The notes: generated by a model not told the origin, from the letters alone. Positions 38,106 to 47,070 are shown, counted from the first letter of the stretch. The stretch is 64,000 bases of DNA from Dehalococcoidia bacterium (GCA_015478665.1 JADMII010000004.1:80586-144585), one strand, 5' to 3'. Numbers and translations: made by a program.

Positions 38106-39380
38106 TCAGACGACGTGGATGCCGGGCGCGGGGTAGCCGCGGCAGAAGTCGCGGACCTCGGCGGCGATGCGGTCGAGCGCATCGCCGTCGTCGACGTGCG
38201 CGATCGCGTCGTCCATCCAGCGGCCGATCTGGCGCATGGCGTCCTCCTTCATGCCGCGCGTCGTCACCGAGGGCGTGCCGATGCGCAGCCCGCTGGGGCT
38301 GAACGGCTTCCGCGGGTCGAAGGGGATGGTGTTGTAGTTGCCGACGATGCCGGCGCGGTCGAGCGCCTTCGCCGCCTTCTTGCCGATCACCTGCTTCCCC
38401 GTCAGGTCGATGAGGATCAGGTGGTTGTCAGTGCCGCCGGTGATCAGGTCGAAGCCGCGTTCGCGCAGCTCGCCGGCGAGCGCCTTCGCGTTGGCGACGA
38501 TCTGCCGGCCGTACGCGCGGAACTCCGGCGTCGCCGCTTCCTTCAGCGCGATGCCGATGCCGGCGATGGTGTTCTCGTGCGGGCCGCCCTGGAGCGCCGG
38601 GAAGACCGCCTTGTCGATCGCTTCGGCATGCTCCTGCTTGCAGAGGATCATCGCGCCGCGCGGCCCGCGCAGCGTCTTGTGCGTCGTCGTCATGACGGCG
38701 TCAGCGTAGGGGGTCGGATCCGGGTGGACGCCGGAGACGATGAGGCCGCTGATGTGCGAGATATCGGCGAGGAAGTAGGCGCCGGCCTCCTTCGCGATGG
38801 CGCCGAACGCCGCGAAGTCGTACTGGCGCGGGTACGCCGTCGCGCCGGCGACAATGATCCGCGGCCGCTCGGCGAGGGCGATCTCGCGCACCCGGTCGTA
38901 GTCGATGAGGTGCGTCTTCGGGTCGACCTCATAGCGGACGGAGTTCCAGAAGCGGCCGGTGGCGCTGACGTTCCAGCCGTGGGTGAGGTGGCCGCCGTGC
39001 GGCAGCGCCAGGCCCATGATCGTATCGCCCGGCTCGAGCAGCGCGTAGTAGACCGCGAAGTTCGCCGGCGAGCCGGAGTAGGGCTGCACGTTCGCGTGCT
39101 CGGCGCCGAAGAGCGCCGTCGCCCGCTCCTGCACCAGCGTCTCGATCCGGTCGACGTTCCGCTGGCCCTCGTAGTAGCGCTTGCCGGGGTAGCCTTCGGA
39201 GTACTTGTTCGCGAGTGCGGAGCCGGTCGCCTCCATCACCGCGCGCGAGGTGTAGTTCTCCGACGGGATCAGCCGCACGGTGTCGACTTGGTACTGCTCT
39301 TCGGCCTTGATCAGCTCGTAGAGCTCGCGGTCGGTGCGTTCGACTTCGCTGAGGTAGCGGTCGCCAACCTGTGTCGTCAT
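38106..39380 (-). CDS. glyA: Serine hydroxymethyltransferase
   Basis: LIPSENY, NKYSEGYPGKRYY, NVQPYSGS.AN, GGHLTHG, TTTHKTLRGPRG, FP.LQGGP, GGTDNHL, SGLRIGT. Confidence 0.97.
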   Translation of the reverse strand: MTTQVGDRYLSEVERTDRELYELIKAEEQYQVDTVRLIPSENYTSRAVMEATGSALANKYSEGYPGKRYYEGQRNVDRIETLVQERATALFGAEHANVQPYSGSPANFAVYYALLEPGDTIMGLALPHGGHLTHGWNVSATGRFWNSVRYEVDPKTHLIDYDRVREIALAERPRIIVAGATAYPRQYDFAAFGAIAKEAGAYFLADISHISGLIVSGVHPDPTPYADAVMTTTHKTLRGPRGAMILCKQEHAEAIDKAVFPALQGGPHENTIAGIGIALKEAATPEFRAYGRQIVANAKALAGELRERGFDLITGGTDNHLILIDLTGKQVIGKKAAKALDRAGIVGNYNTIPFDPRKPFSPSGLRIGTPSVTTRGMKEDAMRQIGRWMDDAIAHVDDGDALDRIAAEVRDFCRGYPAPGIHVV

Positions 39381-39390
39381 CTACTGCGCT

Positions 39391-39450
39391 CCTGGTTCTT
39401 GGTCGCTCGTGACTGGTTCCTGGCGCCTGGTTGCCGGTGACTGATCCTGG
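39391..39450. repeat. Degenerate 7-nt periodic tract in the glyA 5' UTR
   Basis: cctggtt cttggtc gctcgtg actggtt cctggcg cctggtt gccggtg actgatc. Confidence 0.65.
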
Positions 39451-39509
39451 GGGTCGTATGGTCCGCGGTCGCCGTGCCCGTGCCGGCCCGCGCCTGTCCG
39501 CCAGACAGC

Positions 39510-39541
39510 AAAACGGCCACGACCGCCGGGCGGCCATGGCC
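39510..39541 (-). terminator. Intrinsic terminator-like hairpin in the glyA leader (candidate attenuator)
   Basis: Minus strand GGCCATGGCCG-cccgg-CGGTCGTGGCC-GTTTTG (11-bp stem with 2 G-U pairs). Confidence 0.7.
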
Positions 39542-39570
39542 ATGCTGGAGCAGCGACGACCGTGCCCGCC

Positions 39571-39621
39571 CTAGCGGCGTGGCCTGCGTCCGGCTCCCGG
39601 GCGTCCGATCGTGTTGCGCAT
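39571..39621 (-). CDS. Candidate glyA leader peptide MRNTIGRPGAGRRPRR
   Basis: ATG 8 nt after the -10 box; three Gly codons, all GGA; TAG stop abuts the antiterminator 5' arm. Confidence 0.6.
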   Translation of the reverse strand: MRNTIGRPGAGRRPRR

Positions 39622-39629
39622 CTCCGGGA

Positions 39630-39659
39630 AGCCTAACGAAGCGCGGGCGATGGTGTCAA
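39630..39659 (-). promoter_or_regulatory. Sigma70-type promoter of the glyA leader
   Basis: TTGACA (39659-54), 18-bp spacer, TAGGCT (39635-30). Confidence 0.65.
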
Positions 39660-39707
39660 CGCGCGCGCATCGCTATGGTGCGCCGACAACACGAAGGAGG
39701 CGACTGG

Positions 39708-40085
39708 ATGGTGAACGACGGACTGCTCGCGTTCGAGGGCGTCATCACCTACGGCGCGAAGGACGGCGCGGAGGCCGAGCGCTTCTTCGAGCGGACCCTC
39801 GGACTCGAGCCGTTGGAGAGCGGCGAAGGCGACGTGCGGTTCTATCCGCTCTCACCGGACATTGCGCTTGCCGTCGACACGAGCGGGAGTTACGAAGGAG
39901 CGCCGCCGTACCTCCTCTTCAGCAGCCCCGACCTCGATGCGGCGCGGCAGCACTTCCTCGGGAACGGCTGCACCGTGATCGAGATGGGTCCCGATCCGGC
40001 GCCGAACGTCGGCTTCTTCGCCCATGCGCCGGAGGGCCACATGGTCTGCGTCGTCGCCCAGGGGACGCTCGAAGACGGCGAGTAA
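39708..40085 (+). CDS. VOC-family protein
   Basis: AERFFERTLGLE, F..PDLDAA, G.TV.E, F.APEGH pattern; RBS AAGGAGG. Confidence 0.7.
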   Translation: MVNDGLLAFEGVITYGAKDGAEAERFFERTLGLEPLESGEGDVRFYPLSPDIALAVDTSGSYEGAPPYLLFSSPDLDAARQHFLGNGCTVIEMGPDPAPNVGFFAHAPEGHMVCVVAQGTLEDGE

Positions 40086-40267
40086 CCGCTGGCCGCCGCT
40101 TCCTCAGCCCGTCGCACGGCCCGCGTGCCCGCCACCGTCAGTCGCAGCGATGGACGCGCCTCGCCGGCAACGACGACGACGCATCACCCGAACCGGCGCG
40201 CGCCCGGCATCTATCTTGGCGCGATAGTTCGCTCCGGCGCCTGACCTGTTATCCTGCGCCACCAAGC

Positions 40268-41602
40268 ATGGCCACACGCACCCTTCCGCCTCCGTCCTCC
40301 CGGCTCCGCATCTCCCTGCCGCCGTCGCTCTCGGTGCTGGCGGAGCGCGACTTTCGGCTGATCTGGCTCGGCTCGGCCGTCTCGCTCACGGGCACGTGGA
40401 TGCAGGTGATCGCGCAGGGGATCATCGTGCTGACGCTGTGGGATTCGGCGTTCGCGCTCGGCATCATCAGCTTCGCGAACATGGCGCCCAGCCTGGTGGT
40501 GATGCTCTTCGGCGGCGTCGCTGCCGACCGCGCGGAGAAGCGGCTGATCCTGATCATGACGCAGTGCCTGATGGCCGGTTCGGCGGGCGTCGTCGGGCTG
40601 CTGGTGCTGCTGGGGGCGCTCCAGTTTTGGATGCTGGTGGCCGTCGCCCTCGCGCTCGGGATCGTCATCGGCTACGACATGCCGGCGTACCAGGCGCTGC
40701 TGCCGGAGCTGGTGCCGCCGGAGAAGATCGGCCAGGTGGTGGCGCTCAACTCGTCGACCTTCCACGGCTCGCGGATGATCGGCCCCGCGATCGCCGGCAT
40801 GGTGATCGCCGCGGTCGGATACGCGGCGGCGTACTTCATGAACGCGCTCAGCTTCCTGGCCGTGATCTTCTCGCTGCTCCTGCTGAAGCACCGGCGGGCA
40901 AGCGGGGAGCCCGGCGAGCGGCGCCCCTCGGCGCTCGAAGGCCTGCGCGAAGGCATCGCCCACGCGCGCGCGCGTCCCAACTTGCAGGCGATGCTGATGC
41001 TGACGGCGCTCAACACGACGTTCGTCTTCCCGAGCATCGCCGTGCTGATGCCCTTCTATGCGAAGGACGTGCTCGGGCGCGGCGCGACGACGCTGGGGCT
41101 GCTGATGGCGGCCGCCGGCGTCGGCTCGATGTTCGGGGCGCTGCTGCTGATCTGGTGGGCGGAGACGTGGCGCGAGGCGCGCATCTGGTTCGGCGCGGTT
41201 GCGGCGCCCGTGGCGTTGGTGATCCTCTCGCTCTCGCGCTCGCCGGCCATCTCGATCGCCGCGGCGGGATTGGCGTCGTTCGCGTTCTCGTCGCAGCTCG
41301 GCCTGATCCAGATGATGATCCAGGAGTCGACACCGCCGCGCTTCCGCGGCCGGGTGATGTCGCTGCATGGGATCACGTTCAGCGGCAGCATGCCGCTGGC
41401 CGGTCTGATCTCGGCCGGCGCCGTCGTGGCCTTCGGGCTGCCGTTCGTGATGGCGGCATCGGCGCTGATCTTCGTGCTGGCGAGCGTCTGCGTGCTGCGG
41501 TATGCGGGCGGCGGCATCGGCCAGGTGGTGCGCGAGTCGTCGCGGGAGTACGAGGCGGTGATGGCCGGTGGCGCGCCGAACCTCGCCCGCGCCGGCGAGT
41601 GA
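40268..41602 (+). CDS. MFS transporter (DHA3/MFS_3-like)
   Basis: RDFRLIWLG..VS..GTWMQ, GG.AADR..KR, RMIGPAIAG, P.RFRGRVMS; about 12 TM segments. Confidence 0.92.
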   Translation: MATRTLPPPSSRLRISLPPSLSVLAERDFRLIWLGSAVSLTGTWMQVIAQGIIVLTLWDSAFALGIISFANMAPSLVVMLFGGVAADRAEKRLILIMTQCLMAGSAGVVGLLVLLGALQFWMLVAVALALGIVIGYDMPAYQALLPELVPPEKIGQVVALNSSTFHGSRMIGPAIAGMVIAAVGYAAAYFMNALSFLAVIFSLLLLKHRRASGEPGERRPSALEGLREGIAHARARPNLQAMLMLTALNTTFVFPSIAVLMPFYAKDVLGRGATTLGLLMAAAGVGSMFGALLLIWWAETWREARIWFGAVAAPVALVILSLSRSPAISIAAAGLASFAFSSQLGLIQMMIQESTPPRFRGRVMSLHGITFSGSMPLAGLISAGAVVAFGLPFVMAASALIFVLASVCVLRYAGGGIGQVVRESSREYEAVMAGGAPNLARAGE

Positions 41603-41689
41603 TCGCGGCCCGCCGCGTCAGCCTGCTTCCCGGACAACCCGGAGCGGCCCCCGGAGTGCTCACGCGGCCGCTGCCTCGTCCCGAGGCGC

Positions 41690-42160
41690 CTACCCCAGCA
41701 GCTCCGTGACGACCTCGTTGATCGCCCGGCCGCCGGCGCGGCCCTTCAGGCGCTGCAGCGCCGCGGGCATCACCCTGCTCTTGTCCTTCGGACCGCTGGC
41801 GCCGGTCTCGGCGATGACGGCGCGCACCGCGGCGGCGATCTCGTCGCGGCCGAGCTGCGCGGGCAGATAGCCCTCGATGATCCGGAGCTCGCCGCGCTCG
41901 CGGTCGACGAGATCCTGGCGACCGGCCCTGGCGTACTCGTCGATGCTGTCGCGGCGCTGCTTCGCCTGCTTCTGCAGCACCGCGGCGACTTCTTCGTCCG
42001 CCAGGTCGCCGCGCGTCGCGGACTCGTCCGTGATGTCGACGCGGGCGATCTCGGCGTTGCTCACCGCCGTCAGCACGAGGCGCAGCACGTCGCGGCGCAG
42101 GGTGTCGCCAGCGCGCATCGCCGCCTTCAGGTCTTCTGCCAGCTCTGCCTTCGATGTCAT
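41690..42160 (-). CDS. GatB/YqeY domain protein
   Basis: DLKAAMRAGD..R..VLR, KQ.KQRRDSI..Y..AGR.DL, YLP.QL; RBS GGAGG. Confidence 0.92.
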   Translation of the reverse strand: MTSKAELAEDLKAAMRAGDTLRRDVLRLVLTAVSNAEIARVDITDESATRGDLADEEVAAVLQKQAKQRRDSIDEYARAGRQDLVDRERGELRIIEGYLPAQLGRDEIAAAVRAVIAETGASGPKDKSRVMPAALQRLKGRAGGRAINEVVTELLG

Positions 42161-42673
42161 CGCGCCTCCGTTTGGAGGGCACTGTAGCGTGCGCGGGCGG
42201 CATCCGCTCGCTGCTTCGGCCGGGCGCCCGCTCGGGCTCCGCAGAGCGGCTGTCGCGGGGCGATCAGGTGCTTCGGACCGCTGCTCGCCGGCGCGTTGGA
42301 GAAGCGTCGGCGTAGCGTCGGCTGCGCGGCGGCACGGCGTCCGGCAGGGCGGCCGCGAACGGAAGATGATGCGGGTGTTCAGGCGTGGCGGCGACCCCGA
42401 GGAAGCAGCCACGACGCGACGAGATGTGCGACGGAGCAGCCCGCCAGCCTGGGCCGACCGGACGCCGGAGCGATCGAAAGTTCTTGCCCTGCTGTCGATC
42501 GCAGCCACAGCGCCCGAACGATGTGCGGCTCACCGGCGGCCGCAGGCCTGACGGCTGCTCCGTCCGCATCGAACTACAGCGCTCGTGCGGGCGGTGCGGG
42601 GCTGGGTGGATGCGCGACCGGGACCGCCCGTCGCGAGCTAGACTTGTCGAGCGCGGCGGCGAGCCGCGGCTCG

Positions 42674-43360
42674 TCAGCCGGCGCTTCCGTCGCGGCGGAC
42701 CGCGACGACGAAGAGGATGAAGCACAGGTTGCTGAGGAGGGCGTTCGACGTGATGGTGTACGCGAACGGCAGCGGGCGGCGGCCCGCTTCGAGCAGGTAG
42801 TATCCGTACGCCCGGCGCACGTCGAAGCGGGCGCCGATTGTGGCGAGCAGCTCACGCCGGCTATAGATGCTGACGTGGGTCTCGTCTCGCGCGTTCCAGA
42901 CCGCGCCGTCCTTCAGGTAGTGGACGATGCCCTTGAGGCTTTCGAGCGCGAAGCGGTTCGGCGTGGAGAGCAGCAGCGTGCCACCCGGCTTGGTGACGCG
43001 GTGGAGCTCGTCGATCATCAGGCGGCCCTGCGCCTTCGTCAGGTGCTCGATGATCTCGAAGGCGACGGCGACATCGGCGACGGCGTCGGAGAACGGCAGG
43101 TGGAGGACATCGCCGCGCACGGCGCTGAGGCCGCGCGCCGCGGCGAGCGCGCACTCGCCGCGGTCCCGATCGTGCGTCACGGCGCGGGCGCCGAGGCGCT
43201 CGGCGACGAGCTGCGAGTAGCCGCCGTCGCCGGCCGCGATGTCCAACAGCAGGCCGTCCGGCGCGGGCTGCAGACCGGCGACCGCGCGCTCGATCAGCCG
43301 TAGCCGGCCGGCCTGCCAGCGTTCGTACCAGTCCGGTATGGCGGTCATCGTCCCCTTCAT
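42674..43360 (-). CDS. Class I SAM-dependent methyltransferase
   Basis: LLDIAAGDG, GD..HLPF.D, EIIEHL, E..RV.KPGG.L.LSTPN. Confidence 0.88.
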   Translation of the reverse strand: MKGTMTAIPDWYERWQAGRLRLIERAVAGLQPAPDGLLLDIAAGDGGYSQLVAERLGARAVTHDRDRGECALAAARGLSAVRGDVLHLPFSDAVADVAVAFEIIEHLTKAQGRLMIDELHRVTKPGGTLLLSTPNRFALESLKGIVHYLKDGAVWNARDETHVSIYSRRELLATIGARFDVRRAYGYYLLEAGRRPLPFAYTITSNALLSNLCFILFVVAVRRDGSAG

Positions 43361-43724
43361 TGCCTCAGCTTCCACCCATCATATCGGCCTGCCCCAGGCT
43401 CGATATGGGGAACGGCCAATGGGCCGTCAAGCCGGGCTTCGGCCGTACGCGCGATGAGGTGCTGGGTGAGCATCGGGCGGCGGCGCGGCGACGAAGAGCC
43501 AGCGTGCGCCGGGCATGCGCGCCACAACCGAGAGCCATGAAGCTCTCCCTACTGCCCCTCCAAGGTGCGCGGTTTAGGCCGGGAACCCGACGAAGAACCG
43601 CCGCCTCGATACGCAGACCGGTCACCCCACCGTGTCCACCGACGAGCGGCACGACATAAGGGCCGACGAGCTACAGCACGTCAGAGCCGCGCGCCGGTTC
43701 GAGGTCGTATCTCGTACCCATCTG

Positions 43725-43785
43725 CCGCTGGCCCCCGACCCCCGACCGCCGACCTCCGTCGACCTGATCTGCGTCATCTGCGGTC
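43725..43785. repeat. Short heptamer tract (CCGACCN x3) plus ATCTGCG x2
   Basis: ccgaccc ccgaccg ccgacct ... atctgcgtc atctgcgg. Confidence 0.5.
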
Positions 43786-43794
43786 CCCGTTGCC

Positions 43795-44433
43795 TCAATG
43801 CGCGATCTCGACGACGAGCGATGGCGGGGATGCCGTAGTGGTGACGGAGACGGGGCGCGCCGCCGCGATGAGCGCATAGCTCACGACCGCTTCGAAGTCA
43901 CAGGTCTGGCGCACCTCCCACAGCGATGGCAGGGCGGGCGTCAGCGAGCGCGGCGCCGTCGGCATGCCCGCGTCGTCGTGGGCGTTCGTGCTGCCGAAGC
44001 GCACCATGATCAGATGGCCGGCGCCCTGGGGCGTGATCACGTCGCCCTTCGCGCACGTCGACCCGCTTGCCATCGCCTTCACGTCGTACGCCGGGAGCGC
44101 GCCTTCGAACGAGAACGTGATGCGGTCGCCGCAGGCAGCGCTCTCCGTCCGCACGCCGATCAGCGTCGCCTGGCCGCCGACCGCCGACGAGTACGTGGGC
44201 GAGCCGACGTCCGTGCCCGGCGGCGTCGGACAGACCGTCCGGCCCGCGCCGGGCGATGCCACGGTGCTGGACGCCGGCGACGGGGCGGGCGCCGCTGCGC
44301 GAGATGCCGCGCTGGTCGGCGCCTGTTCGGACGGCGTCGGGCTTTCGGCTCTGCTCGCGCAGGCGGCGGCGAACAATGCCAGCGCCACAGCGGCCGCCGC
44401 TGTCACGGTCGCGACGGCGACGCGCATCTTCAT
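43795..44433 (-). CDS. Lipoprotein with AMIN-like domain
   Basis: Signal peptide with AAAC lipobox, Pro/Ser linker, DRITF.F.G..P.Y.V ... DFE.VV.Y. Confidence 0.7.
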   Translation of the reverse strand: MKMRVAVATVTAAAAVALALFAAACASRAESPTPSEQAPTSAASRAAAPAPSPASSTVASPGAGRTVCPTPPGTDVGSPTYSSAVGGQATLIGVRTESAACGDRITFSFEGALPAYDVKAMASGSTCAKGDVITPQGAGHLIMVRFGSTNAHDDAGMPTAPRSLTPALPSLWEVRQTCDFEAVVSYALIAAARPVSVTTTASPPSLVVEIAH

Positions 44434-45710
44434 GACGCCCCCGACAGTCGTGGCACCGTCAGCTGACCGTACGGCAGGGCGCAGACCGACGGCGGGCGCC
44501 CCAGCGCCGCCCGCTGCATCTCCATGATCTCCTTGAGCGTGCGGTCCACGTCCGGCGCGAACCGCAGATGCGCTGCTTCGATGCCCCCGCGCGGGAGCGA
44601 CGAGCGCACCCAGACGTCGCAGCGCGCCTGCACCATCGCCTGGACCTGCACCTGCCACTGGTCGAGCGCCGCCGGGCTCTGCCCGAGCCGCGCCAGCAGC
44701 GCATGCGGCGAGGCCTCGGCATGCAGCAGGGCGGCGTATTCGGCGCCGCCGACGCCTTCGCGGCACTCGGCGACGAGCAGGATGGCGCCGCCCGGCGCCA
44801 CGGCCTGCGCGGCGACGGACATCCCCTTTACCGACTGGTACAGCACGAGATCCGCCGGGTAGCCCATGTTCGTCACGACGACGACATCGTACAAGCGTGG
44901 GATCGGGCGGAGCGACTGGCGCGCCGCCTGCGCGATCGCGGCGTCGTGCGCCTGCACGAGGTCGCCGGCGAAGACGCCGGTGATGCGCTGCCGCTCGTCG
45001 AGCGTGACGTTGAGGCAGAATCCCACATCGCTCTTCAGCGCGACGTCGCGCATCTGCTCGAAGATGGGATTGCCGTCAGTCGCGCACCACGTCGCCTTCG
45101 GATGGCCGATCATCCGGGCTCCATGGTTCGCCAGGATGGCGGCGGCGCCGGCGACGCCGGGCATCACGCCCTTGCCGCCGCCCGAGTAGCCGGCGAAGAG
45201 GTGCGGCTCGACGAAGCCGGTGACGATCCGCAGGTGGGCATCGAGGTACACGGCGTTGAGGGCGATCTCAGTGCCGTCGGCCGCCGTCATCAGGCGGCGG
45301 TGCGCCGATGCGTCACGCGCGTCGTGGTCGACGACGCGATACCGCGCGAGGATCTCCGGCCCCAGGATGCGCAGGCGCTCGTCGGGGCGGGAAGGCCGGT
45401 GCAGGCCCGTGCCGATGAGCAGTGTGATGTCGTCGCGGCGGACGCCGGCGGCCGCGAGCGCATCGAGCACCGGTGGCAGGATGACCGCGTTCGGCAGCGG
45501 CCGCGTGACGTCGGAGACGACGATGCAGACGCGCTGGCCGGCGCCGGCGAGTCGCGCGAGCGGCGGCGAGCCGAGCGGCGTGAGGATCGCCGCGCGCACG
45601 GCGGCATCGGCGCCGGCGAGCGGCGGCGTGCGCGCCGGCGTGAGCACCAGCGCATCATCGGGCAGCGTCGCGTCGAGCGTGCCTTCGCCGTAGGGAAGAG
45701 GGACGCGCAT
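44430..45710 (-). CDS. Nickel-pincer-dependent lactate racemase (LarA) family protein
   Basis: LPYG, VSDVTRP.P, TGLHRP, HDA, EPHLFAGYSGGGK..PGVA, NH, YQSVKG, EC.EG. Confidence 0.9.
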   Translation of the reverse strand: MRVPLPYGEGTLDATLPDDALVLTPARTPPLAGADAAVRAAILTPLGSPPLARLAGAGQRVCIVVSDVTRPLPNAVILPPVLDALAAAGVRRDDITLLIGTGLHRPSRPDERLRILGPEILARYRVVDHDARDASAHRRLMTAADGTEIALNAVYLDAHLRIVTGFVEPHLFAGYSGGGKGVMPGVAGAAAILANHGARMIGHPKATWCATDGNPIFEQMRDVALKSDVGFCLNVTLDERQRITGVFAGDLVQAHDAAIAQAARQSLRPIPRLYDVVVVTNMGYPADLVLYQSVKGMSVAAQAVAPGGAILLVAECREGVGGAEYAALLHAEASPHALLARLGQSPAALDQWQVQVQAMVQARCDVWVRSSLPRGGIEAAHLRFAPDVDRTLKEIMEMQRAALGRPPSVCALPYGQLTVPRLSGAS

Positions 45711-45975
45711 GCGGTGAGTATAGTGCGCGGTGCAGGGTCAACCCGCCGATCGCCGCCGGCGGTCCTCTCCGGTTCGAGGCCGGCTGGGCGGGAAGCTGGC
45801 GCGCCGGTTCCAACATCGAACCGCCAACAGCGGCTGGTTCCCGGAACGCGCGCCCGGTGCGCGCCCGGCGGCGCGCGCAGGCACGCCAGGCGATGCTCGC
45901 GCGGTACAGCACGTCTCGTCGGACGGCACGAACGACAGGCCTGCCTGCCGTCTGAACTGACGCTCGCACGCGTGG

Positions 45976-47070
45976 TTACATGCACTCCCGCAGCGTCCGG
46001 GCGAGGACGAAGGGGTCGCTCGAGACGACGCTCGCCGCATAGAGCTCCATGGCGCCGAAGTCAGCCGTGCGGCTGCTCGGGTCGCCGCGGTCGACGATGC
46101 GCACGACGACGGGGAAGCCTTCCCAGCTCTCCGGCGTCTCGCCCCAGGGCGGTGTGTAGATGACGAGGTTGAACGAGCTGACACCGAGCCGGTCGCGGAA
46201 CGCCGCGAGCACCTCGTAGATGCGGTCCTTGAGCGATGTCGAGACGAGCGGCGCGAAGAGGAGGACTTCGTTCTCCTTCTTCGGCGCCAGGTTGGCGATC
46301 ACCTTCGTGCCGTCGTTCTGGAAGGCGAGGCCGAGCGACTCGTGCGCCGCGAACAGGTCATCGAAGTAGTTGCTGCGATAGTGCGCCTGGTAGACGGCGG
46401 CGCAGCGTCGCAGGTACTCGACCTCGGCGTAGTGCATGTCACGCCCCATGATCACCTGGGCGTGCCCGTGCAGCAGCGACGCGCCGGCGCGCCAGAGGCA
46501 GTTCCACATGAACATGTAGTACTTCGCGTCCGGGTCGCTGGCGTGCGCCAGGTCGCCCCAGCGTCCGCCGGTGTCGACGTAGTCGTGGATCTGCTCGCGC
46601 GTGAAGCGCAGCGGGTGGCGCTCGTTGAAGACGACCAGCCCGTGGAAGCCGTCGAACTTGGCGATGTTGCTCGCGGTGACGCAGTACTGCCCCTGCACGC
46701 GGCCGAAGAGGTCCTCCGGCGTGCCGGTGTAGGGGTCGAACAGCGGGTCGCTCGACGTCCGCTCGAGCTCCTCGTCGAGCTTGATCTCCTGCCGCCACAT
46801 CGGCCGGCTCGACCGCAGCCAGTTGAAGAGGACGCCCTCGAGCGTGACGACGTTGGTGACCTTGACGATCTTCTGGTCGAGCGTCGGCTCGACGCTGCCG
46901 AACTGGTTCTCGATCCACGGCACCATCGCCTCCGGCGGCACGAGCCGACCGTGCGTGCTGCTGACGTGGAACAGGCGGTCGAAGCGCGCGCGCTGTTCGT
47001 GGTCGAGCGCCTCGACGGCGTCCTCGACCTGCATGATGCTCACGTCGTCGTGCCCGATCGCCATGGTCAT
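45976..47070 (-). CDS. Hypothetical protein with GalT/HIT-like motif
   Basis: WN...AGASLLHGHAQ, SFN, VDRG, G.ME.Y..SV..SDPF. Confidence 0.6.
   Translation of the reverse strand: MTMAIGHDDVSIMQVEDAVEALDHEQRARFDRLFHVSSTHGRLVPPEAMVPWIENQFGSVEPTLDQKIVKVTNVVTLEGVLFNWLRSSRPMWRQEIKLDEELERTSSDPLFDPYTGTPEDLFGRVQGQYCVTASNIAKFDGFHGLVVFNERHPLRFTREQIHDYVDTGGRWGDLAHASDPDAKYYMFMWNCLWRAGASLLHGHAQVIMGRDMHYAEVEYLRRCAAVYQAHYRSNYFDDLFAAHESLGLAFQNDGTKVIANLAPKKENEVLLFAPLVSTSLKDRIYEVLAAFRDRLGVSSFNLVIYTPPWGETPESWEGFPVVVRIVDRGDPSSRTADFGAMELYAASVVSSDPFVLARTLRECM

Noticed and set aside
39440..39620. ZTP or glycine riboswitch or T-box upstream of glyA
   Set aside because: Conserved aptamer or T-box motifs not found by eye; the uORF plus alternative hairpins explain the region better (an Rfam scan is still needed)
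42384..42413. SRP RNA (GGAAGCAGCC within a CGTGGC/GCCACG stem)
   Set aside because: Lacks the CAGG and GNRA elements of helix 8 and a long flanking stem
43560..43625. Cobalamin riboswitch (AGGTGC..GGGAA..AGACC)
   Set aside because: Core B12-box elements missing and no downstream gene on that strand
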